This document shows positions 13,423 to 26,170 of a stretch of DNA of 64,000 bases, piece after piece; position 1 is the first letter of the stretch; the number at the start of each line of letters is the position of its first letter. The DNA is from Paragordius varius (Eukaryota > Animalia > Nematomorpha). Under the pieces are notes generated by a model. That model worked only from the letters and a program-made list of their open reading frames with translations. It made no database searches and was not told the origin of the DNA. Where the stretch lies: positions 14,818,001-14,882,000 of the forward strand of contig OZ176050.1 in NCBI GenBank assembly GCA_964247055.1. The letters are read 5' to 3'. A program made the position numbers and the translations under genes.

Positions 13423-16400
13423 TAAAGGTTGACACCTTTCTGTTTACACAGAAATTTATCCAATAAATTTTATTGTAAATTTTGCCGTTATCTTTTGCAA
13501 AATTGCGAACAAATATTGAATGCGTATATGTATGTCATTAACACTTAATGTATACCTTTTAAATTTTGTCTTTTATAACATTTTCAAATATGTTTCGGGA
13601 CAAACGTGATTAAATTGCTTATTAAATTATACTTTTTATATTACTTATTTAAGGTGTGGACCCTGGGCACGGACCAGGTAATACCCATTCAATACCTCAA
13701 TGTAGCATCTAAAGTTCAAATAAACGATCATTTATACGCTAATCGTATCAATGGGTACGATTTAAAGAATGATTTTGTCCAATTAAATGGCCAGAATGCA
13801 AATGAAATGTCAGAACCAGAAACAATTAAATCACCCATTACATTTGTCGATGCCGTTACCATAAAAAATCTCAATTTTAATGGAAAAGCCCGGCTAAATA
13901 AGATTCAACCCAATGAATACCTTGATAGGGTAGGAGTCAAATATTTTTTATTACAGTTATAGAATTTTTTATGATTAACTTTTTTGGCATCAAGACAATG
14001 ATTATTATAAACCTTAGATTTTTCTAATATGGTTTATGGTTTTTAAAAGCAAAGGGCATGTATATGAAAAAATTAGTAAAATAGTGTGTTTTTATAAATC
14101 AAACTGTTTATTTAGGTATTATACTGATAGGCGACTCACTAAAATTTACATTTTTATTCTTTGTTCATAAAAATTATTTTTTATATGCGCCATTAAAGGT
14201 AATATATTTGGATTCTAATGAAAATACGGTTTACATTGATGGTGATATCACTTTTACTCAGGAGGTCCTAATAAATGCCGATGTAAACATTAAAACTATC
14301 AATGGACTCGATTTGTTAACTGATTTCCTCCTTAATGGGACAACACAAGTTTTACCAGGTAATAGAAAAGTTATACAGACATTTTCATAGGACAACCTTA
14401 ACTTTTCTATAATAAATTATTCAAATACTATTGTAAAATATATAATTGATTGTGTTAGTAATATATCTCTGTTTATACATTGCAATCAAAACAATATGTT
14501 ATTATAAAATAAGTCTATAGAAAAAAATATTCATCCTTATTTTACCTTTTGTCTGTACCATTTCAATTTTTACTGTATAATTTGACCGGTTATAAATCCA
14601 AATCTAAATTCTAAAATCAATATTATATGTTAGCTGAATTATTGCGTCCTCACATAATGGTAGTTGTCGGTGATTTGATTATAAATGGTAACGTTGATGT
14701 TCTCAGTCAAGACGCTAACGCCGTTGTGGTCCAAGGACGGGATTTTAACCAATTTTGCCAATCTTTCATTCATCCATCTAACCCGCTACTTTTTGATTCT
14801 CCCGCAAAATCCATCAGAGGCCTTAAAGTTTTTGCCAATACTTTAGCCATTGATTTGCTAACTGTTTTGAATGTGTTTAATGGTGTCCCAACTTTTAAAC
14901 AAGTAATGCAGGATATTGTAGCAATAAATGCAGAGGAATTTAAAAATGATGGGACAGAACTTCTGATAAACGGAGCAAAAAATTTGACTTTTTCGGCTCC
15001 GATAAAAATCATTGGTTTGCCAGGGGAGGAACGAAGTGGACTAAACATTAACGGTTTCTTATCTCATCCAATTCGTATAAGATTGAATGATAGAGAAAAG
15101 AATAAATCCTACACCAAAGATTATCGTAATATAACTGAATTTCTCCACGCTCTTACATCCAAAGCTAGTAAAGAAATAATTGGGCGTAAAATTTTCACGA
15201 AACCAATGCAATTACTTTCGGGTTTAACTGTGCATCAAGGATCCAAATTGAATGATATAGATGTAAGTCAACTCAAAAATTCCTGGTTAGACTCTAGTTC
15301 TGCTCAAACTATTGATTCTAACCTAAATTTCGAAGATTTTATCACAATCAATAACTTGATTGTACCGGATGGTGTAACAATTTTTGGGGTTCCTGTCGAT
15401 AAATTGTATATTCTGGACCGTAACTCAAATAGTAATGATCAAGGTCCACACACAATCACGATCGAAGATGAAATCGTATTTCAAGGGAATGTTGAATTCA
15501 ATGGACCTGAAATACATATTAACATGTTAAATGGAATATCCGTTAATGAGGTAAAACATTTTTTAAGTTTTAAAGACAAATCGTATTAACTAAAAGACAT
15601 ATATTTTTCTTAAAAAAGGCATCCATACTTTTATAAACCCTGTTTTTACAATATAACCCAGATAATACCATTGTAAATGGTATAATTTAACTTGGTACTA
15701 CTTAACATCCATATTTTCAACCCAAAAGAATATGGTTGTCTTTTAAAAGAATATTTGTCTAGTTTTCAGGCTTTTCCTTTAAGATATAAAAAATAATTAA
15801 TTAATTACAAAATGTTAAACAAATTATCTAGGTTATACGTAAGATTCAATCCACACCAGATGAATTGGTATTTGACGAAGATCAAAACTTTAATAATCTC
15901 GAAATTGTTGGTGATATAACTACAGCTAATGGCATCAATGGAATCAATATTGAAAATTTAGAAAATCAAGTATAAAATTTTTAAAAATCAGTTTTCTAAC
16001 CATAATTTTATGATTTCTTATTGAATCGTTTTTATGTGTTTTTCATCTTCGCAGATATTGCTTTCCGATACGGATCAAACAATCGAATCAAATTTAATCT
16101 TTGATTCAGATGTGACGTTTGACGGGGACGTTCAATTCAATGAACAAATAAATGACAGAAGTTTTAATGAAATCTATGAGAACATTCTCTCAGCAACAGA
16201 AACAGATACCCAAGTATCATTATTATTTTTTAAAATATTTCGTTTTTACCAAGACCGCTTATTTGAAACGTAATTAACCTAAGCCTTATAACAAATATTT
16301 TTGTTAATACATAAAGCGTTATAGTAGGGTTAAATGACTAAGAATCGAAAAGATTTAAGCAAGTAGTATTAAATTTAAATTTATTTTAAAAACGAAAAGT

Positions 16401-19400
16401 TTAACAAGAAGTTTTATTTATGAGACATGTTTTTAGATCGGTCGTAATCGGCTATGGTTTCAGATTTCACAAAGAGACTATAACTTAATTAGATGACCTG
16501 GGTTGAAACTAAAAGTTAAAACTTTTTAAACAATTAACAAAACTTATACATTTAATCTAATAAATGAGCCGATATTTTTAGCCAATAATTATTTTATTAA
16601 AGTTGTTAAACTCAGTTTCGTCCATTATCCGCTTAAAATTTATAATATAATATAAAATTTAAAAATTTGAATAATTTCTCTAGATAATACATGGTGATTT
16701 GACAATTATCGCTCCTAATGACATATCTAAACCATTGCCAATCAATGTAATCGACGAATTTGATGTGGAATCTATCCAAGGCCCTTTCATTATAAATGGG
16801 CTTGATTTGGAACGTTTAATAAATCATGGAGTCCGTAAAACGCATTCTTTAGACGGGATTAATGTCACCTCTGATATCATGATACAAACGGATCGTATTG
16901 TATTTAAAAAGGATGTCCAAATCGATGGTATTTAAACTAGAATTTTTTTTGATAATCACAGTAATAATTTACAGACAAAATGTAAGATCATATTTTTTTT
17001 TAAATTAGACAACCATATTTTTTAATCCTGGATTTTTCCTACATAAACTATTTAATTACAATTTAAATAATATATTGTTTGTGTTAATTTACATCTCACT
17101 ATTTCTATAAGTATTATTTTGAAAAATCATGTATTAAAACATATTTACCTTTTAGAAAACAATATTTACTTTTTATTTTTTACGTTTTGTCTGTATAATC
17201 TCAATTTTACTGTGGTAATATTGATGACTTTATGAGATTTTAAAAATATAATTTTATTTAATTTATAGGTTTACTTGGCGGCCTTGATATCCCTAGCGAT
17301 CTGATCGTTTTGAATCAAAATGAAAACGTAATTAAAATACCAGGAGAGACCATAATACTTAATAATTTAGTTATAATAAATGATGGCGATATACGTGTTG
17401 ATGGAAAAATTAATGGTGTCATTCTGCAAGAATTGTATGATCAAGTCCTTAAAATTGACTCCGACGGGAAATTAGTCATTAAAGGACCGACGGAATTTAA
17501 ACAATCTCTAAATATCCATAGTAAACTTTTTTTCAATTAATATAATTTCTAGACATCATAGTCAATGCATTACAGTTTTATGTTGCAGTAAAAATTGATA
17601 TTATACCTTCGAAAGCGAACATAAAATATTTATTTCTAAAACACTGCTGTATTTTGTAAAACACATTTTTTAATATAGAGATGTATATTGGTAACACAAT
17701 CATACTTACAAATGTAGTGATATAATTAAAATAGGAAAAATTAAGGTTTAATAAAGTACAATTTGTCTTTTAAAAATTTTGCCTTTATATCATTTGTCTT
17801 TATTGCAAAATGAATCAAAATTTTAAAATGTTTAATTTAAAAATTTAGCAAATGTCGAAATACACGGCACCATCAACAATTTATCGCTATCGGATGATTT
17901 GGTTTACAAAAATAAGGAATCTGAAATAACTGGCATTAAAGAATTCACCTCTTCAGTTACGTTGGGCTCAGATCTAAATGGGGATTGTAAAAGGATTAAT
18001 AATGTTGATATTGAAGCCATTTCAAACCTATTAGTCCGCAAAGATAGTCGTAATATAACTTTACTGCATGCTATTGTAAGTTTTCATTACAGTAAAAAAT
18101 GAAATTATACGGACGGACTAAATGTAAAAATATAGGGGAAAGTATTTTCAAAGGACAATTATACGATATAAAACCTTAAAAAATTATTTAAATACGATCG
18201 TAAAATATGTAAATCATTGAGTTAACAACATATATCCTATTTTATACTTTGTGTTAACCATTGATTTTATTGAATCAAGATTTAAAAAATATGGTTTTTT
18301 GAAAATTTCACTTTATGATTTTACAATTCCGTATAATTTCAATTTTTACTGTAAAATTATTACCACTTACCCTATATATATATATATATATATTAATCCC
18401 TTAACTTTGGTCGCAAACAGAAATTCACAAAACCCCTAAAAATCATACAAAATGTCAATTTCCTCGGCAAAGTTAATGACATCGATTTCAATGGTTTGGA
18501 AAAACGGGTAGAAACATCATTTCAAAAACTTAATCAAGAAATGGAAATACTAACTGAAGATATAAAGTATCAAGACGTTATCGTTGAATCTCAGCTAAAC
18601 ATTTCGATAAGTAAGTTCATAATATTTTCATTGAAATTTAACCTTAATGTTACAATTTTATACCCCAACTAAATGATTGCCTTTCAAAAATTTAGATGGG
18701 CCTACTATGCTAGCGTATTGGGAAACTTCCCAAATCTGGCCAGAGCTGAGCGAAACATTCCGTTATGATTTTTTGAGTTACTACGATTCTCATTTTATCT
18801 ACAAATGGGTTCACGATACAAACGGATGCCCATCTTTACCAAAAGATTGCAGGTTACTAAAAAATATACGCAGTACAATTGATACTACAGTAAAAACCAA
18901 ATTATACGAACAAAATGTAAAAACAAAAATATATAATCTTTTTAAAACACAACCATGCTCATAAATAATGTAACAAATTTAAAATAAAATGACTGTGCTA
19001 CCAATTTACATCTCTAATTGTTACTTTGCTTGCTATGTATAAGAAATGAGTTATATTATGGAAATTAAGTTTAAAAAGGAGGGAGGTCTTTTGAAAAACC
19101 ATTAGTCATATAATTTTACATTATGTACGTAGAAATCCAATTTTTATTGTAACTTTTTTGCCTTAGATGTGATCAAATGCAACTGATGGAACTTCGAAAA
19201 GATGGCTCCATAGGTGACAAAGAAATTTTAGGACACTTTCGTGATTTCCCTTCCACGATAGATTTGGTAAAGTTTGAAACACGAATGAATATGGTAAGAG
19301 ACTCGTTTGCCGTAAGCCTTAAACCCGCCCCCAATAAAATAATGTTGGTCGTTTCTTCAAAATCTATCAGTTACAATCCACATTGTACAATTAATACCGA

Positions 19401-22400
19401 AATGAATTATAATACTGCTGCCAAGGAGCAGTCAGAAAATATAGAAGAAATTACAACTGCATACTTATTGGGAGATTATAAAGCCATATCATTAGCCGAA
19501 GAGACGAGTGCCAATTTAAATGACACAACTGAAAAAGAAAACTCAAGCAAATCACTTATTTTAAAGAGTCGACAACCACTTTCAAACTTTTTTGTTTCCG
19601 ATGTGCTTAGCTTTGTTCGTAACAAAGCCCTATATCTTGTCATAATAAATTATTATGATAAACTACAGGGTAAGTGTTCCTACAGTAAAAATTAAATTAT
19701 GCTGACCAAACGTAAAAGTTAAAGACAAATGTTTTTTATTAAAACACAACCATATGTTTTAATCCGATTTGTTTAATATACCCTATCGTAAGTAACAAAA
19801 TATAAATTTGCAAAAGATAACCCACTTCATTTTACATTTAACAAGGAATCAAAATATGGTTGTCTGTTTTGAAAAAAATTTTGTTTTTCAATTTTTACGT
19901 TTTGTTTTTATAATTTCACTTTTACTGTAAAATTTTATTTAACATTCATTTTTATAGTGTCAAACAACATTAACTCGTACGTTTATAAGTTTGATGATAC
20001 TGCTGAGGATTGGCGCCTTTTGCAAAACATCCCAAGTCAAGGGGCCCTATCTGGGACTTTATTTTTGTCCACCGATTTTCAAACACTTAATATAAACGGC
20101 GATTTCGAAAATTCACTGTATCTAGCGATTGCAAATAATTTTGATTCCAAAGCTCGTACTCACTCTACACATTCCTTCATCTACAAATGGATCGATGAAA
20201 CAGAAAAGGTATACAGTTATTAAATATTGGCCCATTTTTAGATACGAGCATTTTTTAACAAAAATATCATATAGTTTGAAGCTGTTCACAGTGTGCATAC
20301 TGAAAGTGCAAAAGATGTGGTTGGAATTACGATAAAAAACAGTGGATACGTAATATTTGCCAACGAAAAAAGGGTTTCCTCTTCCGAAGCGGTCATAGAA
20401 AATGAGTATCAGGTATATAGCTTTCCCTTTTAGAAATCTATTATTATTCAATAGATTTGTCTTCTCTATAAAAATATTTTCTCTTAGGAGCCAATCACTG
20501 TATTACATCACCACCCGAAAAGTAATGAATTCGTTCGAATACAAGATCTTTACGTTGCTGGAGTTACGAAACTTGACACCTTCGTAATCGAAAGTAAAAA
20601 ACACTGCTCCCTATTTTTATGAATATTTATCGATTGTTTGAACGAAAAATATTTTTCTTTCTTTCTATGTATGAAACCTTATAGATGAAAACTTCCTAGT
20701 AGCCCTGAGTCCAATAACCAACAATATTTACATTTATAAATGGCAAGAGTATATTATGTTTACGCAACATATGGTATTGCCTATCGCAGGTTGTAGATCA
20801 ACTCATGTGTTTTGGGATCGAGGATCTCTCTACATGGCTGTCGGTACTCTACATAACCCAGATCATTTACTGATTGCAATTATAAGAGGTTAGTTTTTCA
20901 CCATACATACACCTTTAATTTGTTTTTAAAAAATACAGGAAAAATTGAAATAGTAATACGGACTAAATGTAAAAATATAAAGACAAACATTTTTTTGTCA
21001 AAAGACCGCTGTACTTTTTAAACTATTTTTTTAATATAACTTATTGTTTAAATTACATAAATAGGGATGTAAATTAACACAATCAATCAAAATTATTACA
21101 ATACTTAAATATTTTTATGGGAAAAATTAAGTTTTAAAACATTATGGTTTTCTTTTGAAAAAATATTTGTCTTTATAGTTTTACGTTTTGTATGTATAAT
21201 TTTGATTATTACTGTTCTCTAAATATTTAACATAAGGAATCGAGAAAATATAAGTCTTCATAGTTTTACGTATTGTTTTTACAATTCTAATTTTTACTGT
21301 ATTTTTATCACGATTAAGGTAACAAACGGAAACATATTGAACGATATTCACATTTAACCAATGGCACACCCTTTGGCAAAACGTTTGTTCCTCATTGGAT
21401 TGCTTTGGACAAAGATGCATCGCCGCTCTCTTTAGATAGTGATAATTATCATTATTTCAGCCATTTTTATCGGGGTCAAACTGTTCCACCCTTCTCTACG
21501 TCGGACGACGTAACGTCTACAACTATTGAAAATGAAAATCTATCTGCACTTTCATTTGATACTCAATCATATCCAACAAAGGATAAAACTTCATCAACAG
21601 ACCCATCTTTGATTACTTCTTCGACGACAAGCTCTGAACAACTCAATGATAACATGACAATTTACGAACCGACAACAATAGAAAGGGAAAATACTGAGAC
21701 TGATTTAAATTTAACTTCTGAAACTACTCCTTCGATATCCACTAGTGAGTTATATAAAACAACTACGACTATATTACCTCTTGATAATGAGGAGCGTCAA
21801 AGTACACCTCTTGATATTCTGGCCAAAAGCTTAGAAACCAAAACAACTACCGAAATGGATCAATTCACTTCATCAATTGATTCGAAATCGTCGGACAACG
21901 TATCAACTACCGCATTTACCCAAACGGGAGGCGACATTTTAACCGAAACCTCTACGCAAAATGCTGAACAATCTAACGGTCCAACGACGACGGAACAAAC
22001 TATAACACCCGAGAAACGAATATTGAATTTTAGCACTTTGGAAACAGAAAATATTAGAACTTCTTTAGAGGTTTCAACATCATCTCAAACTATAACATCA
22101 GATAGCGGTATAACTACAGAAGCTTCGAATCAAAGTATTGTGAATTAAAGAGTAACAAAATTGTTTATTGGTTATGCAAATGATGCCAATATGTACAGAT
22201 TAAATAATTTTAAACACAGTAAAAATGGAAATCATATAGAATAAACACAAAAATATAAAATATTTCTTTTTCAATACTGTACTTTTTAACTTGATTTTTA
22301 TAAATCTCATATTAAACTGCAAAGTATGCAAGAGAAGTAAATGCACAATCAATTATACAATTGAAAATAAATATATAGGAAAAAATAAAGTTAAAAAGTA

Positions 22401-25400
22401 TTTGTCTTTTGAAAAAAAATGTTTGTTAATATAATATTAATTTTCACTGTATTTTCTTACCCTTAGAAATCACTCAATCCACTACTTTGGAGTCTGAAAC
22501 AGCCAATGCCACGCCTGAAATTTCTACTGCTACAACCCTTGAAACCCAGACAGAAACTGAAGAAATTCAGGAAAGTGAAAGTACAATCCCTACCATTTCA
22601 ACTATATCTATGATTAGTACAACGGAAGAAAACGCACGTATTCAAACAACTCCAACGGTAGAGAATCGAGATAATCAATATAGCACAATGACTGAAAGTA
22701 CAACGCCAGAGCTTATTGGCTCACCCGGGAATTTCGAACGCATTTGGGTTCCTATCAGGAATAAATCTGATTTTACCATTAGCACAGATGAAACCACTGA
22801 ATCAAATGCTGCTGGTGCAACAACAACAACTTTAGAAAGTAAATATTTTATATTTCCGAATATTGTAGATTTGTTTTAAGTATCAATTTAATTTAAAACT
22901 GGTAGTGGTAAAATGGAATAATGGTATATATTCAAAATTACAGTCCATTCCTTCTATAGGGTTTTTTATTTGATCAATTAATTTTGAAGCCATTAATTGC
23001 TTTTATTTCCCCTATTTAAGTCCGATACATTCGTCAATAAAGGACCCAGGTAAACTATAAGGTATAACGAAGCAATCTTAATAATAAAAATTAATAAATA
23101 TAAATTAACAAAAAACTGCTAATCAGATGTATTAATTTTAATAAAATTAATGAACCAAAATTTTATATATAGTATTATATTTACATTCATATTAAATTTG
23201 ATCTCTCTCAATCACGATTTTTCAAAAAAATTACACATAAATATGTCAACTTACAATGTATTGATAATAAACGATCCTAAACGCTTTCTAAAAAACTGCC
23301 AAAATCTGGAATTTATGGGCCTGATATACCACAAATTCCGTAATTGCTTAAAATTAACACAATCGGCATCAATAAAATGTAAATGGCCTCTATTTGAAAA
23401 AAGCGCTACAATGTTTGTTTTTATACGTTATTGATCCATATAATACCAAAAGCCTTTAATTACACTAGTCGACAAATTTGGACATTTTTAAGCACCACCA
23501 CTCAAACTTTTTAAAATATGACTAATTTCAGTGTTTTAAAACCGAATTTGAAAAATTTTTTGATCCCGCCAATCAGAATTTTGAAATTTTATAGGTTTTT
23601 CAATTTTTCAAAAACAAGAGAAAATCGAGAGAAAATTAAATATAATTTTATAATAAAATGTTATTATATTATAAACTTAATATCATTTAATAAAGCGTTT
23701 TAAACTCTATCTTTTGAATATAAATATGTCATTTAAATATCAGAGAGAAAAAAATAGTACGGACTTAAACGTCAAAATTTAGTCTTTTTTTTTCAAGTGA
23801 ATTTTTAACACATATAAAAATTTTTTAAAAAGATACTAAAAAAGGCATTCTATAATTTAAACCTTCGGCTTTCAGATAGGCTATTATTTTTTTGTTAGAT
23901 TTCGTTCTTTCGAGTACTTATTAGACTTTTTCTCTTGAGTTGGTTCTTATAAAAAATCCTTTATTTATACCTAGTGGATATACCTTATTTTTTAAAAATT
24001 ATTGATTGTTTTGTATTTTGAATTTCAGATGGATGTTGTGTAGCCACTTTTAGTAGAATTTACTGTTATGGGGTTGGACCATTTGTATTTACCTAATTTA
24101 TATTCAATTTAATAGTAGAATTTATCTAACTTTATTCTGTAAATTGGTTAATTGACATGTCAATTTGCCACGATTTTGCTTGCAAGTCTCTCTTATCGAA
24201 CTTTACGATTACTTATTGTTATCTTTGCCATATCTGGCATAATTATAGGATCGCTTGGGGGATATGCAGAGCTTGTGCAGCCGCCCATATCTATCACACT
24301 ATACATAAGCCCCTTTTAGATTTTTAATACTTTGGCTCTTAGCTTGTTTAGTATCTTATTTAATGCCTAGAATTTGTTATCCATGCATGGAATATTACTT
24401 GTATGGACTTGCTTGTTTGAATATTTAAACATATGTACACGAGGAATGATTGTTATTTTTGAATTAAATACAAATTTAAAAATTAAATTTTGGAAAAATT
24501 CTATTGGTGGCCTCAATTTTCTTTTTTGTTTTGGCCTTTCCATGCCATTAGGTATCAGAAAATGCAAAAATATTGGGGTGGTGCAAAACCTCGTTGAGCA
24601 GTGTTATTAATAATCAAAAATTTTTAATATACTACGAATACATAAAACCACTATTTCAATATAGTCTTTTGACGTGACAAATAATGGCATATTTGTATTT
24701 AAAAAATGTATATTTTACGGGGGAATGATACCATAGGCTAATTCAAAAAATGTTTCTACTATCAACGCATTCGCAATAAAAATATAAAATCTATATTAAA
24801 TTTAATGATTATATACGTTTTGACAATTACCTTTTATAATTAGGTGCTATATTTTTCTTAAAAAAATTCCTTTTTCATACAAGATGGAAAAGGATAATTG
24901 GATGTAAGGCTAAGTTTTAACTAATAAAAACTTTGTAATAAACATTTTTTGGAAAGAAAGTTACATATTTTAATGTTAGAAATTGTACGTTTGAAAAAAA
25001 CCGTTTTTAATTTCTCTTCCTATTGTTCTGTAATTGCCTTATTCCTTATGTCAAAATTAATAACTTTGTATGATTGTGCGCTTTATTCCAACTTTCCTCT
25101 TTTCTTTTTATATTTCCATGAAATAAAAGATAAAATAAAAGAATCTTCAATAAAAAAAGTGTCAAAGAAATTGATTAAAATTTACCAGTAGTTACGAGGT
25201 AATAGAAAACATAACAAAATTGACCATATAAAAATATTTGTTTTCGATCTTTTAGATTATATCAATATTTCACTTTTTAGGCATATCAACGACAACAGAC
25301 GAGGATCTAACAGAAACTTATGTGGAAAATACGACGAGTACTTTAGTTACAACAGTGACAGAGCAATCTACGGATACCACCTTGGAAGGTATGATTTTTG

Positions 25401-26170
25401 TTAAAAATAAAATAGTTGAAGCAGTTTTAAAAAGGTTAAGATTATATAATTTTGGCCGCATTTTCTTATCCAACTAAAAATTTTGAATTCAGGCTTTTAA
25501 ATATAATAATAGTTCGATTTTTTTTACTAATGGTGCTTTGATATTTTACAGTAATCATCATATTAAAGCATTGTATAATTTTTTGGTATTGTATTGTTTA
25601 GAAGTTACACAAACTATCCTGCCAACTGGCATACTACCTGAAATGCTTAATCACTCTGGTTTATTGGACGTGGATATAACGGATCCTAACTTTCATTTCC
25701 TTAACAAAAGCAGTGATCACCTTAAAAAGTTTTTACCCAAAGATATAAGTTCTGAGGAGGTTGATAACTTGCTCAAGGGCATAGAAGAGGAATTGGAAAT
25801 GGATTATAATCTTTTGAAGCATAAACAATCAACACTGCATACTGCGACGCCAACCATACCGACCATTACCACGGAAACTACGTTAGAAAAAGAGATTGAT
25901 ACCTTAAGTACTGGTACAACGGAGGAACAAAAGCAAACCGAATCTGATTATTCAACTACTGTTGGTAGTAGTACGACTCTCGGTAACGTGGAGGAATCTG
26001 AAGATGATTTATCATCAACTGCACCTCTGACTTCAGAAACTGCGGCGAGTACATCAGAAGAAGCTACAGTAACGATCCCTGAAACAACCCCACCAGTCCG
26101 AAGATTTCGACGCCCAGATGTTTCTCGGGTTCAACCGGGAGGAGGGTATTTTTCGAGAGGAAGGGCTTAG
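5307..26170 (+). CDS. Giant secreted EAR/EPTP-repeat protein with central ING-repeat rod and Thr-rich mucin-like tail (~2,874 aa, 33 exons); Closca/Polehole/Nasrat-like or TSPEAR-related by inference
   Basis: Exons: 5307-5424, 6036-6301, 6627-6886, 7145-7317, 7598-7854, 8190-8301, 8659-8799, 9181-9348, 9562-9738, 9899-10192, 10695-10858, 11251-11446, 11529-11771, 12949-13217, 13654-13929, 14199-14358, 14634-15550, 15832-15969, 16055-16213, 16684-16927, 17269-17520, 17849-18075, 18421-18610, 18696-18852, 19167-19669, 19958-20208, 20275-20412, 20488-20593, 20685-20888, 21319-22134, 22467-22838, 25281-25388, 25602-26170. All introns are GT-AG and phases match; total 8,625 nt. Signal peptide MIKLANNFGQSKIYSLWLIFLILFFCIAHSRA. 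EAR-like repeats: IIQNLPTHGAAHLELFSKDGENFLAITN..IYKW; LIQVLETNKPTDVSYIMHKDVHYLIVSN; LLQNIPSQGALSGTLF..LYLAIANNF..SFIYKW. About 20 (I/L)NG(I/L)D-type repeats. S/T/E-rich C-terminus. The family name is recalled architecture, not a search result. Confidence 0.85.
8312..8597. mobile_element. Tc1/mariner-type MITE, family M1
   Basis: Left TIR CAGTAAAAATTGTAATTATACGGACAAAA; the right end is its reverse complement (…TTTTACGTTTTGTCGGTATAGTTTTAATTTTT). Starts 10 nt after the exon 6 donor. Confidence 0.7.
8973..9109. mobile_element. Small hAT-type MITE
   Basis: Termini TAGTGGTGA…CCGCCACTA are inverted repeats with two mismatches. The flanks GTATAATT and GTATAATA form an 8-bp TSD matching 7/8. Confidence 0.6.
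10356..10526. mobile_element. hAT-type MITE (171 bp)
   Basis: TIRs CAGGGGTGTCCAACAC and GTGTTGGACACCTCTG match 15/16. The 8-bp flanks TACTAAAC and TACTAAAG match 7/8, as expected for a hAT TSD. Confidence 0.75.
12052..12844. mobile_element. Cluster of foldback-like elements (family F-A, 21-bp subrepeat GGGTGAATTTGAATTGTTCAA) nested inside an M1 MITE in intron 13
   Basis: Two left-end arrays (~12056, ~12225; AATTCACCC orientation) and three right-end arrays (~12490, ~12570, ~12754; GGGTGAATT orientation). The right-end arrays finish in AAATGGTA|TA or AAAAGGTA|TA. M1 TIR halves flank the cluster at ~11918 and ~12915. Confidence 0.75.
13367..13416. repeat. (AT)n microsatellite, ~25 units
   Basis: Perfect AT run read directly in intron 14. 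Confidence 0.95.
18090..18351. mobile_element. Tc1/mariner-type MITE, family M1
   Basis: TA|CAGTAAAAAATGAAATTATACGGAC … CCGTATAATTTCAATTTTTACTG|TA, giving long TIRs and a TA TSD. Confidence 0.8.
19683..19927. mobile_element. Tc1/mariner-type MITE, family M1 (makes up most of intron 25)
   Basis: TA|CAGTAAAAATTAAATTAT … ATAATTTCACTTTTACTG|TA. Further whole or partial M1 copies lie near 5660-5890, 11030-11170, 14520-14580, 16955-17215, 17585-17810, 18888-19150, 20935-21300, 22215-22452, 30153-31310 (interrupted), 46520-46821, 48265-48350, 52960-53075 and 54460-54710. Confidence 0.8.

Noticed and set aside
23021-23049. Possible 29-nt micro-exon (AG…GT bounded) in intron 31
   Set aside because: In the incoming phase it hits TAA after six codons, and exon 31 joins 25281 in frame without it. 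It could only be an alternative terminal exon, with no support here.
24030-24610. Possible decayed LINE reverse-transcriptase 3' fragment (TITYC..IWHNY, ELVQ, FWKNS)
   Set aside because: The motif resemblance is weak and spread over different frames; it needs a tBLASTn/HMM search before it can be called.
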